This document shows positions 26,957-39,575 of a DNA stretch of 64,000 bases, in pieces (position 1 is the first letter of the stretch; each line of letters begins with the position of its first letter). The DNA lies in NCBI GenBank assembly GCA_965113315.1, contig OZ220364.1; one strand, 5' to 3'. The position numbers and the translations under genes were made by a program. The notes beneath the pieces were generated by a model. It saw only the letters and a list, made by a program, of their open reading frames with translations, was not told the DNA's origin and searched no databases. The DNA is from Podarcis vaucheri. Its lineage: Eukaryota.

Positions 26957-27094
26957 GAACTTTCATTCCACGGTGCAATGAGGAAGGATATTACAAAGCA
27001 ACTCAGTGTCATGGAAGTACTGGGCAATGTTGGTGTGTTGATAAGTATGGAAATGAGATAGCTGGCTCAAGGAAGCAAGGGACTGTTAGCTGTG
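26957..27094 (+). CDS. SPOCK1: SPOCK1 exon, thyroglobulin type-1 domain with CWCV motif (138 bp)
   Basis: Acceptor ...gctatccctag| and donor |gtgagt. Encodes TFIPRCNEEGYYKATQCHGSTGQCWCVDKYGNEIAGSRKQGTVSC. Confidence 0.96.
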
Positions 27095-27711
27095 GTGAGT
27101 AATGGCATGCTTTTCTCAGATAAAATAAGAATGAGTGTTGTGAGAGCCCTTGCCTGCTGCTGCAAGCCTGACTATGAGTCTACAGAATGGCAAAAAGAGA
27201 AACCTATTAGCCATCATGACAAGAATCTTCAGGCCTTCATATTTATAATACAAATGTGCTCATACAAGTAAGCTCTCTTCCTGAGTAAGTGTGACAATAC
27301 GAAATTGGCAAAAGCATTTGATGTTTTCTTTTCACCAGCTTACAAACTGCAGTAGTTTGTGCTGCTAAAAAAAATACACTGGTTAGGAAGTTATTGCAGG
27401 CTGATTATTTAAAAATCCAAAATTTAAAAATCAACATGTTGCTCCCTGGAACAGAAAGAACAAAATTAAGGAGTCCTGTTCATCAGGGCTGCCTGTTGAA
27501 AGAAAGACTTAACCCCATGGAGGTTTAATCTGAACAAACAATTGCTGCTGAAATTACCCCACAAGGAGCACATGTACACATAATATAAATGTGTGCCGTA
27601 TATGGCAATCGCTACAGCTCTTCTAGTGGAGAAAATGAGTTTATAATGAAACATCTCGGCGTAAGAAAAATGTCTTTTTGGAACCTTTAAAATCCAAGTG
27701 CTACAAACATG

Positions 27712-28050
27712 TAGGGATGGAGGAGAATTACATTTGGTCTGCATTTCTTAGTGAACTGACCGAATTTGTACCTCCAGGAGAACTAATAGACAGGTCATAA
27801 TGTAATAAGACTTCAGATTTTGCAGTTCTCTGAATTTTGCAATGCCGTTCAGCTCAAAACAAACCCAAATGTATTTTTATAATGCATATATTTAGGTAAG
27901 TTTCTTTAGAAATGTGTACATTGAGATAAAATGCATATTTAAATATGAATATGGATTTTTGTACAATTTAAAAACAACAACAACAACCCTACAAGTGCAG
28001 AAGCAGGATAAAATAAAATTAATGGGGAGCGGAAATGGGCAGATTCATCC
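27712..28050. mobile_element. Degenerate interspersed repeat (probable DNA-transposon MITE); related pieces near 9222-9350, 6480-6620 and 43080-43195
   Basis: Shared agggatgg...gaatt start and ...cagatt(c/t)(a/g)tcc end motifs across several loci. Confidence 0.45.
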
Positions 28051-28667
28051 AGTTTTGATAACCCTAATTTTGATAGCTATAGTCTTAATTTGAAGCCCTG
28101 AAGTTCCTATAAATAAAAGTTCCAGGCGTGACATTTCATCTTCAGAATTCAAGCACTGAAAACAATTCTAGTGGTATGCTCTTCCTTCCCAAAAATGCTA
28201 GAGAAAAGAAAGGTAGTAGCATTCTAACTTCCTTTTGAGAACCCTTTACACATCCAATTGTCTACAAGAGAAGATATGTGTAACTGCCATGAGACTCCTT
28301 TGTACTTCAAAGAATTATGGGGCTCATTACAGAGGCAGAGCACATTTCAAAGGGGCACAGCACAGAACCAGACCTGAATAGTTGCTCATGAGCCCCATAG
28401 CACATTCAGCACACCTCTACAGGTTCACAATGCGGGAGGAAATTGGCGGTGGTGGGAGCACCAAGGAACCCATTGTTTGAATGCCAAATTTTTTTGGGGG
28501 GGGAACAGTAGTAGACTCACAAGAGTATATAATGACATCAAAATAGCAAGGTGTCAGTTTCAATAGCCTTATTACAACCTAAGACAACATTGCACATGAA
28601 AATTTATCACCTTTGGCTGCCCAGAAAGAACATTTATTGTCACCTATTAGCAACACCAAGCCTTTTA

Positions 28668-29262
28668 CCGTATTTTTTGCCCTATAAGACGTACTTTTTC
28701 CCCTCCAAAAATGAAGGGGAAATGTGGGTGCGTCTTATGGGGTGAATGCAGGCTTTCACTGAAGCCTGGAGAGCGAGAGGGGTTGGTGCACACCGACCCC
28801 TCTCGCTCTCCAGGCTTCAGGAGAGCCCCAGCGCCAGCCCCACAAGGTCGGGGGACAGAGGGAGGCGGAACGCCGCCATCCCGCTGTCTCCCGAAGTGGT
28901 TTGGAGGCTGACGGCGGGGAGAAGAGCGCTTCTCCCCGCTGCCTGCCCCACCACTCCTGGGACAGCAGGGAGACGCAGCGTGTCTCCCTGCTGTCCCCGG
29001 ACCTGATTGCAAGGCGGGCAGGGGGGAGAAGAGCGCATCTCCCCGCTGCCTGCCCCACCACTCCGGGGACAGCAGGGAGACGCAGCGAGTCTCCCTGCTG
29101 TCCCCGGACCTGATCGCAAGGTGGGCAGGAGGGAGAAGAGCGCTTTTCCCCGCTGCCTGCCCCAAAAGCGCCTGGGGGGGATAAATTTTTTTTTCTTTAT
29201 TTCCCCCCAAAAAACTTGATGCGTCCTATGGGCCGGTGCGTCCTATGGGGCGAAAAATACGG
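28668..29262. mobile_element. Tc1/mariner-superfamily (Tc2/pogo-like) non-autonomous transposon, 595 bp, with internal hairpins and 107-bp tandem repeats
   Basis: TA|CCGTATTTTTTGCCCTATAAGACG ... CGTCCTATGGGGCGAAAAATACGG|TA inverted termini with TA TSD. The interior is GC/CpG-rich. Confidence 0.88.
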
Positions 29263-29947
29263 TATATATTGTATGTGTTTGGATTATTAGTGCATTTGGA
29301 TGACTTTGTATGATTTTTATTGTTTAAACTTATACCAATAAAGGTAAACAAAAACAAAAATCAAAACACCGAGTTAAATGAACAAGTAAAGTGACAAGCA
29401 AATCAGCCTGGTTATTTTGAGGCAATAGAAATGGACCTTTCCAAATGTAACCCCTTATTTGTCTCAGCTCGCAGGGCTATGAGATTTTCTGGGCCACTTT
29501 ACATTCCAACTTTTTCTGGACAATATCAGGACAGAAACAAAGATATCACTTGGTGATGTTTGTGGTGAGGTTTTTATGAGGTACGCAATTTACTGAGACC
29601 ACCAACTCATTTCAGATCTCTTCGAACACTCATCAGATGGTGGTGTCTTTCAGTCACCATTGACCTGGAATGGATTTGAACCAACAATTTAGAGATGTAA
29701 GGTTCTGTCTTCAGCTATTGCTTCCTCCTGAAAACGTGTGGTTTTGTGGGTGTAGTAGAAGACTGTATATTACTCTGAGCACTTGACTGTGTAAAAATGT
29801 TTTACTATTTATTTATTTATTTTATTTTAAAAAGGCAGACATGTTGGGGGGGAGGGATGAATTAAATAGTTTAAATAATGAGAACATTGACATGTTTTGA
29901 TAGAAAATTGGGCTTAAAGTATAACTGTGAATTCTTCCCGGTTGCAG

Positions 29948-30138
29948 AAGAGGAGCAAGAAACCTCGGGGGATTTCGGTAGTGGTGGATCAGTGATATTA
30001 TTGGATGATCTGGAAGAGGAACATGAAGCAGCAAAAAAGGACCAAGAAGGGAAACAGAAGATCCATGTAAGAGCAGCTAATGATGATGATGAAGATGAAG
30101 ATGACGACAAGGAGGATGAAATTGGCTATATATGGTAG
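29948..30138 (+). CDS. SPOCK1: SPOCK1 terminal coding exon: acidic C-terminal domain with glycosaminoglycan attachment Ser-Gly sites; stop TAG at 30136-30138
   Basis: Acceptor ...ttcccggttgcag|. Encodes EEEQETSGDFGSGGSVILLDDLEEEHEAAKKDQEGKQKIHVRAANDDDEDEDDDKEDEIGYIW*. The GYIW terminus is characteristic of testicans. Confidence 0.97.
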
Positions 30139-32985
30139 TTCCCATAACTCTGAGGACTCATGTTTTGCACAATATCACAAGTCATTTCGTATCTCTGCAA
30201 TGGTAACTGAAGCATCAGGCATTGCATATGGAGCTCAATTTAAACCCGTTTGGGCATTCCAATATGCACACAGGTATCCCTTACAATTGAGCTTCCCTTT
30301 CACTTTACTGCTGGGCGTAACTCCACAAGCACAATGGAGATGAGCATGCAGAGCTGAACCTGACATTGAAGTGAACTGGGAAGACCTTTCACATCTGGGA
30401 GCTCCTTGCACATGTGGGACTTGGCACACTCATGTGCATTGGAGCTCTTGTGGCCAGCAAACTGCTGGATGGAAGCAATTATCTCTCCACTCAATTTAAT
30501 TTAGTACACTGTGTTTAATTTGGAAGACAGCTTTCCCACCTGACTAGCTATTTTTTGGCATAATTGTAAGCATTGTTCTATTTTACTGACATGGTGACTT
30601 TCATAGCTTAATCTGCTCACATGCGTCTTTTATAAAAATAGAATATGGAACATAGCAAGAGGGTCAGCACATCCAAGCACTGGGCTCTTCTGATGTTACT
30701 AGAACTAAAGTTTTCAATTACTTGATCTTTTTTAATTGTGCCATTTGTTGTTACTACTGTGGTTTTGCTACTTTAATGTTAAAAGCAGGTAGGGTTGGGG
30801 GTTTTTCTGTCTCGCCATCTGGAACTTGTTTGAAAATATCAAAATCGCCTTAACATTCTGATTTGGTCAACCACTGGCTTTAAGTCAGAAATAATTCCAT
30901 TTTAGTTCCTCCTCCTTTTTCTTTAGCATGGTTGGCAGAACCACTGTCTTATTTTAGCAGAACTCAATGAAAGTTCTCCCCCGCACCAGGAGTGCAGGAT
31001 AAGATCTCAGATGACTGTTTAATCAAAATTAGTTCACTTTAAGTTAAGCATCATGATCTTGATGATTGGTATAGTATATGCACACAACGTTTAGCAAAGG
31101 AAACAAGCCTGGAATGGCCTTTCAAAACATGTGAAAAAGGAATGCTTTGCAAATGCGTTTCTTTACAATCGTTTTTGCAGGCTTGCAAGTCTTGGATTTT
31201 GCTTTGATCAAGTTTGCACTAATGCTATGCAAGCTGCCTCTGCTTCCTGGATAGCATACCACTGGTTTTGCTGAAAACGCTTTTTCTTCATTTACTCTAA
31301 ATGAATCCTCATTTGGAAGTGCTGAAGCTGTCAGAGGCACTAACCATCAGCAGTAATAAGCTGTCTTCCCTTTATTTTAAATTGTTGATATTTATTTGCT
31401 CTGTTTTAAAAAAGAAAACATCTTTAGGCAGTTGCGTTTCTGGTTAATATCACTTCTGGTTAATATGACATGTAATACTTACACATATGAACCAGAAGAG
31501 AATGTGATTAAAATATTCCACATAGTTATATCTCCATAGCAGCATCTCATTGTTCCCCATTGCCATTCAGTGTGGGGAAATGAATTTGCCATTGCAGACC
31601 TTTTATTATGTTAGCTGTCCACGCAAGGACAAAACATGATGAGCATCTATGATTGGTTGGGAGGGAAAAGATGGATTTGTAACAAGCCCCATCTTTTTCT
31701 CATTAAATGGAAGGAAATAAATGCCAGATAGGTCTTAAATTCTGCAAACACTAAGGACCATACCACTTTTGTTGATCAGGGCAATTATAGTGCTGTTATA
31801 CCAGAACTGAACATGGCCTGTACACTTTAAAGAAAGCTTATATTTCTGTGAGAAAGTGCTAATTTTTTAGTGTGAATTTCTATACAGTTTTCAGGCGGCT
31901 GCACAATGGCATCTATCCTCAGACTATTGTTTGCTATGTGTGATACTCTCGTTTGTTTATGCCTTTTGCTTCTGGTGTGATGAAGTCTGGGGTTGCTGTT
32001 TTTTAACAATTCATTTTAACACAAGGTCTGGTTTGTTAATGAACCCTTCAAATAGTAACGCCAAATGTCATGATGTTAATATTACATTTCAGTTTGTTTT
32101 AATATTCCCAACAAGTGCATCCTAAATTTACTGGCTTTGTGAAATTATGATAATATCCAGCTGAGAAGTTACCTCCCAGATATACAGCCTTAGCCTGAAA
32201 CCCTGAGCTCAATGGATTCCAGTAATTAAGTAAGTTGGTTGTCCTTTGACTTTTAAAGATGCCACTGCTACAATCCAGAAATGTACATCATACACACTTA
32301 AAAACTCTGCCGTTCCACTGAAGAAAATCCACACAATTGCTTTGGCCTTTCTGTCTTCTTTAGCCATAGTGATGCAAATTGTGTCCTGTGCTGTTGTGCT
32401 TAAAGTAGGATCCAATGCCTGGTGAATGAAGCCATTGGGCTCTGCCCTAATTGCCAGTTGACCTCTATCCCAATCCTCATCGAGGAATGCACTGTCCATT
32501 CCTTGCTATTGTAAAAGGACATAGGCTGTCATGCAAGGGGGCTGTGGATGCCCTGCTCTTCCTCAGCTTTGCCCATCTCCAAGTAAAGCCATGTAGCTAT
32601 CCTGAATAGGCCAGCTACAACCCATTAAGGGGTAGGGAGCAGCTGCCGGTATACGACTACCCCACTCCTGTGAGTTACCATGTTCACAAAGCACCTCAGA
32701 GTACCAGCTAATGGCATTGTTATCCAGAGCTCACGCTTGAAAGTAAGTTGCATGAGATTAATGGGGCTTTCTTCCAAATGAAAGTGATGTTAACCACTAA
32801 ATGTTTTAAGAATATGGGTTTTCTGGGGTGCACTCTTAAGCTGTATTTGAACACTGGCTGGACTAGTATACAATAAAAGTCACCTACTGTAATACCATCC
32901 AATTAGAAGCTGCAACATAACTATCATTTTCACCATACTGCTTACCTACTTAAATTAATAAAACCTGCAGAAGTCAAATTCACTG
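30139..32985 (+). other. SPOCK1: Probable SPOCK1 3' UTR (end uncertain)
   Basis: Follows the stop codon and is repeat-poor. Candidate poly(A) signals: ATTAAA 31507 and 31702; AATAAA 31716, 32872, 32957 and 33218. The 3' end is inferred. Confidence 0.55.
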
Positions 32986-35900
32986 TGGTTGCAGAGAAGT
33001 GCTATTATCTTTTATATACTTACAGTAAAGTTTCCATTTAGCCTTTGTTCTTGCTACGCACGCAGAGGAGTGTGAATGCAGCTGCTTTCTGGGGAAGTCC
33101 ATCATTGCTGGGGTCTGTGTGAAGATTGAAACCACATGGGTGAGGCCACTCACATGGGTCTTTCCCAACTGATCTGCCTTCTTCAGCTCCAAATCATAGC
33201 CAAGTCCTATTGAAATCAATAAAAAAGACTTAAATTAGCCATATCACACCTAACCTATTCTACAGATTTCAACAGGATACAGGAGACATTTAATTTCTGG
33301 AGCAGGGACATTTTATTTATGTGAGTAAAAAACAACAACCCTGCAGATTAAATCTTAAAGTCAGTTGTGGTGTTAATGATGTAATTAATCTCATTACACA
33401 TAAACACACACACAAAAACCCATAATCCCTGCCTCCTCTGATGTTGCTTCTTAGCAGCAATGCTTAATTGCTGGGTTCACTGTCTTAAACACTATAACTT
33501 TTGATTATATGGGGTTTGTATATATAAAAATTAACCAACACAAAGTTTTTGGTTGTTTTTTCTTTTAAGAACCATTTGAAATTCTTTCCCAGCAATTCCC
33601 CACGCCCAAGCAAACCCATGATAATATAGATTACTTCATACATATCAGTATAGAATTCATTAACGAAAGTGAAAACAGGCAATGTCCTTAGATTCAACAA
33701 TTTCCCTGAGAGTTAGTACATTTAAAAATAAGCTCTTAAAGACAAATTAAACTCAGTTTTGTCTGCAGACTATAATCATTCTCTAAAATTCTTGCGATTT
33801 GATTTCCTGTTTGTCTGGAGAGAAAAATATTAAAATCAGAAAAGGGTGAGGTACAAAAATACCATTTATTATTGTAACTAAAGGTGGAAAACCTGAAGCA
33901 GCAGCAATTGGAGACACGCCTACAATTTTGTCAGATTCTCAATAGCATTTGAAGGAAAAATGAATCCTTTGTAGTAAAGCCCTTAGCAAAATACTAGAGC
34001 AATGCCAGAGAAGCAGAATGAAGTGGGGCCTTCAGAGGCAATGAAAAGTTGCAGTGTCATCTATTTCATGATGACTCAGTTTCACCTCCTGTTGAACCAT
34101 TTGTCTCCCCCATTGCCCATGTAAGATTCAGGAACTCGGAAAAGATGGCGAAGCTACATGAAATTTGACCAAGCAAGTCTCAGAAGCCTTTTTGTTCCAT
34201 TATGCAACAGTGCAGAACTAACACAATCCAAAGCCACGACAGGTTCTCTTGAGTTCTCTATCAAGACACAGGATAAATGCTGTAATTCATTTCTCACTAC
34301 ATTTTCTGGGGGAGAAATAATAAATGTACCTACAATATTGGCTGACCAAGACATTAATAGGCCTCCTGTCCTCACCTCTGTGAAAATTACTTTGTTTATA
34401 ACTTCTAATGGCTTTAACCTCTACCAGATAAAATATAATGGTTAATTTCTGCTATGCCATATAACAAGAACATACAATAGGTTATTTTATACAATAGTAT
34501 ATATAATTTTGATACAGTGGTATGCATCAGCAGTAGGCTCATTCAACAACAGTTTGGACCCAGCCTTATTGTGGATTTGTCTCAGAAAGTGCAGCTTTCC
34601 ATCTCTATTTCATTTAAATCGTTTTTTTAAAGATCAGTAAGCTACATACAATTATCTACTAATCTTAGTGGCAGCTCCACATACTAAACTGCAAAGACTG
34701 CGGGAATTTTCGTATCAACTGACTTTATCCTTTTAATTGTAGTCTGAGTATATATTGCAGCCAGCAAAGGTGACCCATGCATAGAATCCAGCTTCCACCT
34801 TTTTGGATGTCATTGCATGTATACATAATGATGGTGCAAGAGAAAGTAAAAAGCACACCGAAAATCCAATGCCAAATTTGCAAGACACTGTGAAGCACAG
34901 AAGTTGCCAATATAGGCTCCACCCCTCCCCAGCTGTTGCTGGACTACATCTCCCATCAGTCCCTGCCAGCATGGCCAATGGTTGGGAATGATGGGAATTC
35001 CACCCAGTATATATATTTCCCAAGCTCATCAGATTCACCAGTTCCCTCACAACAAAATTAAATAGCTATGCACATTTATGAAGGGCTATGCTCTCCTATT
35101 CAAACATGAATAACCTTAATGTTACTTCAAGATGTTCTTGATGTTTATCTGAACAGAAAACAAGGCACAGCATATCTATTTGAGCTCAGAGGCTGGGGGA
35201 ATTTTGCTTTTCAATATACATTTGTATTAGACACAGTTTAAAAGTAATGCAAGAATCTAGTATAAAGGAAAGTAGAAAAGGTGGTTAACATGGGGGGGTG
35301 TTCACTTTCAGTTTGGCAACCCCAGCCTCCTTAATCCTTCCCCAGTTCAGTAGCTTGCCCTGCTGAACCAAAAATAAAATGTTAAAAGCTCAAGTGCAGA
35401 CGTGGCTCTCACCTTAACATTATTTGGGAACATGAATTAGGCATGCCATATCACTACCAACTGGTGCTTGAACTGTGGAATACATGCCATGGTTCATCCT
35501 TACTACTTCTGGTGATGTATGCATTTCCACTTCTCAATATTAGTAATATAAAATGTGAATTCAAAGGGTTTACTTTTCCACCAGTGAGAAGGGTCATAAG
35601 AAACCAAATGTAACATAATCTAATACATTATGGATCAGAGCAGAGATTTACTTCATCTAAATCAGTGGCATTCAGTATGTGCATTTGATTACAGAATGTG
35701 GCCATAGTCAGCTCATGCTATATACTATTGCATGATATTTGCCTTCATCTGATAAGTTAGGCTGAGAGCTTTGCACAACGTAAGTGAAAAAGCTCAAGTG
35801 CTTATTGAAAAAGAATCCTAAAATCAATGTCAAGGAAATGGTTGCATATTTCTACATATCAGAAACATCATTTGGAACAGCATCTTCATTCTTTATGTTA

Positions 35901-36021
35901 GGGTGATCGTTTTGACTATTTTCACAAACTACAACTCAAAATAGTGTTGTGGTTTTTCAGTCAACCACTATGCAATAAACTTTGTTAGCTCAACAAAAAA
36001 TCCAGTCTGCAATTCGGCATA

Positions 36022-36375
36022 CAGTGGTGCCTCGCAAGACGAAATTAATTCATTCCGCGAGTTTTTTCGTCTAGCGAATTTTTCGTCTTGCGAAGCACGG
36101 TGTCGGAAAAGTTTTGGAAAAGCTTCAAAAATCACCAAAAACCTCAAAAAAGGCTACCACACCGCGTTCTATGAGTTGCTCCTCGAAGTCAAGTCGCAAC
36201 TGTATTAACGGTGTTAAGAAAAAGGAAACAAACTTGCAAAAAACGCAAGACGTTTTCGTCTTGCGAAGCAAGCCCATAGGGAAATTTGTCTTGCGAAGCA
36301 GCTCAAAAACCGCCAAACCCTTTCGTCTAGCGAGTTTTTCATCTTGCGAGGCATTCGTCTTGCGGGGCACCACTG
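36022..36375 (+). mobile_element. Tc1/mariner/pogo (Tigger-like) MITE, family B (354 bp)
   Basis: TA|CAGTGGTGCCTCGCAAGACGAA ... TTCGTCTTGCGGGGCACCACTG|TA, with repeated ttcgtcttgcga motif. Confidence 0.9.
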
Positions 36376-39300
36376 TACATTAATCACAACGGTGTAATCC
36401 AATGTTGTGGGAGAAGGCCTCTGTTCAGACAGCAAGACTTCCCTTCCTCTCTTCCCACACCCATGTTCCCCCAAAATCTGCTCCAAAAGGAGATGGGAGG
36501 TGTGTATGATTTTATGCTGCGAACTGCCCTGAGATCTACAGGTACAGGGCAGAATACAAATTCAATAAATAATAACAACAGGTGACTATAGAGTGGGAGG
36601 AGCAAAAGTTGAAATCCTGTTGTGCAAGTGAACATCTGTTGGAGTCAGTCCAGTATCTTTTCAAGGATTACTAAATGACTTGAGTACTTATTTGAATACA
36701 TGCTGTATCATTTTCAATTCTTCACAGCCCACTGAAAAGGGACAGGTCTCGTGACTATCCATGATTCAGGGGCATGTCAGGCTTCTTGGAAATCTATGTA
36801 TACTTCAGATCGTAACTTCCCTTAATTTGCCCCCAGCACAGCTCCAATTCACCTCTAGCACACACCCTTTTCAGCCCTACAGATCAGTAGCATCAGTGGA
36901 GCAAGTACCATGGAAGTTTCTGCAATGGCAGGGAGGGTGCATCCAACATCAGTTCTCCCTCTCTCAGAGAAGAAGGTCTGATGCCTCCCATGGGCCATGG
37001 TATCGCAGGGTTGATCTTGCTATTTAAGGAAACAAACAACCCTCGCCATAATTACGCCTGTTGGTTTTCTGGAAATGCCTATACAATAAAAAGGTTGATT
37101 TGAAAACAAAACTTGATAATCCAATGGAATTATTTTATAAACCCGCAAACCAAAATATCAACAACACTGGTTATCAGAATCTTTGTCAAATTCTTGGCCA
37201 CCATATTTGTTCATAATTAATACAAAAGTCAATATGGTTAATGCAAGTATCATTATATTCATATTTCAGAGTTCTTATTGCTTTCTCCCCACCCCATTTC
37301 ACAGCATGCCTCAAGAAAAAAAAGTGATACTCCAGATCATTAAAATGTTAAAGAAATAAGGCCTTTAATGCAGTATACAGTAGAGCCTTATATCCCACAG
37401 CAGAATTACCTATTCTATTTCTCCCTTATGACAATCTAAAGCTTTTAACTTGCCTACAGCTTGACTTAAATTTCTGATTCCATTGGAAGCTAAAATACTG
37501 CATTTCCTTCAAATTACTGACCTTCCAAAAAGTTATGGACAATGAAAAAAAAACCTCCAGCACCAAAAAAACCAAGGCTACTCTGCAGTCTTCAAGCCAA
37601 TCATTCCCTGTATTTAAATGACTTTCAAGGAAGTAAGCTTTGAAGGATGCATCCTATTTTTTTCATGATACTTTACAAAATAATAATAATATTTTGGAGC
37701 CTTGTTAGGTTTTTGTATTGCGCTTCGGTATGTTCTTTTTACAGATTTCACAAAAGGTAACATCTGTTCACTTCTAGCCTCCATTGTGCTTTGCATTCTT
37801 TCACACCTGATTTAAAACTACATTGTGTCCGCAATCCAGCACAGAATTAGGTGAGATAAACCCACTGATTTCAGTGGAGTTAAAATATAGCTAAAGGGCA
37901 ATTCTATGCACACTAGAATATGTTGCATTGATTTAGTGGGACTTCCAAGTGAACGTACGTAGGATCAAACCGCCTCTGTGTTCAATTGTTACCTATGAGT
38001 TTATATGTAACAGTACTTCACATGCAACAGTCATATAAGAAGCAACACAATCTGCTAGTCAATACTTCAATATTAGAAATTTCATACCATTTTCTCCAGG
38101 TAGCAAATGACACAGAACACCAGCCAGCCCAAGTTAAGATGTTTAAGTCACACTGATGTTAGTTAATGGCAGTGTTAAGCATGTGGTTAATTTTCTCCCA
38201 CTAAAATCAATGGGAACTCATTAAATTTGGCCGGATTGTGTCCACTAAATCTAGGGTCATTATTTGCAACAGACCACCAGAACTCCCAGTATTTGACTCT
38301 CTTTTTTTCCCATAGAAATTTGATGGCTTTCACTGCAGACTCTTCTTTCTGCCATTCAGTTTTCTTTTATTGCACAGACTGCTTTGTACTGTTAATACAC
38401 ATCAAAGAGCCCTTTCTACAGTAGGTGGTATTTGGTCTTTTTATACTTTTCTCAATGCTGCTGATGTCCGTTACTGTTTAATGTGTAGCGTTGTAAGGAG
38501 AGATCCAGATATTAAGTGTTTAAGTTTTATGTCCCTACTGTAGATGGAATGTACAGTATCATAGTTAATTAGAGTAGCATAGTAAATTATGAATGCTTTT
38601 TCCCCCATGAAGATTTAAATGGAATGTGAACATGTTGCTGATTTCCTTGGTTAATTGTAAATGCTGAATTGTAGTACTAAGTAGTTGCATTTTTGTCTGT
38701 CTCAATAAATTTTAATTTGTCTGTGAGTCCCCATTGTCTGACTTCTGTTTTGTTAAATTTCTGGAATATGATGAAGTAGCACGTACCACTTTGTCTGGAG
38801 TGGTATGAAGTAAAGATAGGCAAGATCTGGACCAAACTACCCTCCAGGTTATAGCAATCCATGCCTCGCTTAACCTGGAAGACAGATGGAGACCCTGTTA
38901 CTACCTTTGCTACAATTTGTTGGCACTTTGTGAAATTGAACATATCTACACTGGCCTTTATTTAACTATGCATACCAACATCACTAGAACTGTTCCATGC
39001 ATGTAGCTCTGGTGAAACAGACTGGCGGAACTCCCTTGTACTGAGTCAAACCATTACTTTATCAAGCTCAGTACTGTGTATAATGACTGTTCTGGCAGCT
39101 TCTCTACCCACAAATAGGGCTGATAGTTTTCACATCTCTCTAGCTTATACATAAGGCTTTCTTTAGCTGGACTGAAGTTAATGCCTTTAAAAAAAACACT
39201 TTAAGAATCCCCCACTAGGAAGATTAGCATTGCAAGGGAAAACCTATGCTGCGTTACCAGCTTATAATGAAAATAGTATAACTAAAGTAAGCAATTTGTT

Positions 39301-39450
39301 TCTGGGTGTGGGTGCTGCAATGCACATGAACTGCACAGAATGACTTTGCGATCTGTGCTGGAGAAAGCCAATTCCTCTCACCTGGAAATTAATTGCTGGT
39401 GGGTAAAACCCACCCACCTTGATTGATAAAAGGCATGTTATTCAAAGCAG

Positions 39451-39575
39451 GAGGAAAGGGCTCTAGCTCAAGTGCGTGGTTTGCATGCAAAAGCTCACAG
39501 GTTCAATTCCCTTGGCATATCCAAGTAAAGTTGGGAAAGTGTATGTCTATAACCCTAGGAAGCAATTGCCAACCA
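39451..39575 (+). mobile_element. Degenerate tRNA-derived SINE (Squam3-like), 5' part
   Basis: tagctcaagtg A box and ggttcaattcc B box. Homologous to 61175-61360. Confidence 0.55.

Noticed and set aside
28850-29165. Palindromic repeats resembling a CRISPR array
   Set aside because: The intervening segments are near-identical rather than unique spacers, the context is a vertebrate intron and there are no cas genes.
28665-29219. Cluster of overlapping ORFs up to 181 aa
   Set aside because: They lie entirely within a GC-rich palindromic and tandem-repeat MITE. The peptides are repetitive and have no transposase motifs.
36114-36383. Similar ORFs at 36114-36383 and 54005-54488 suggesting a gene family
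   Set aside because: The similarity comes from two copies of the same non-coding MITE.
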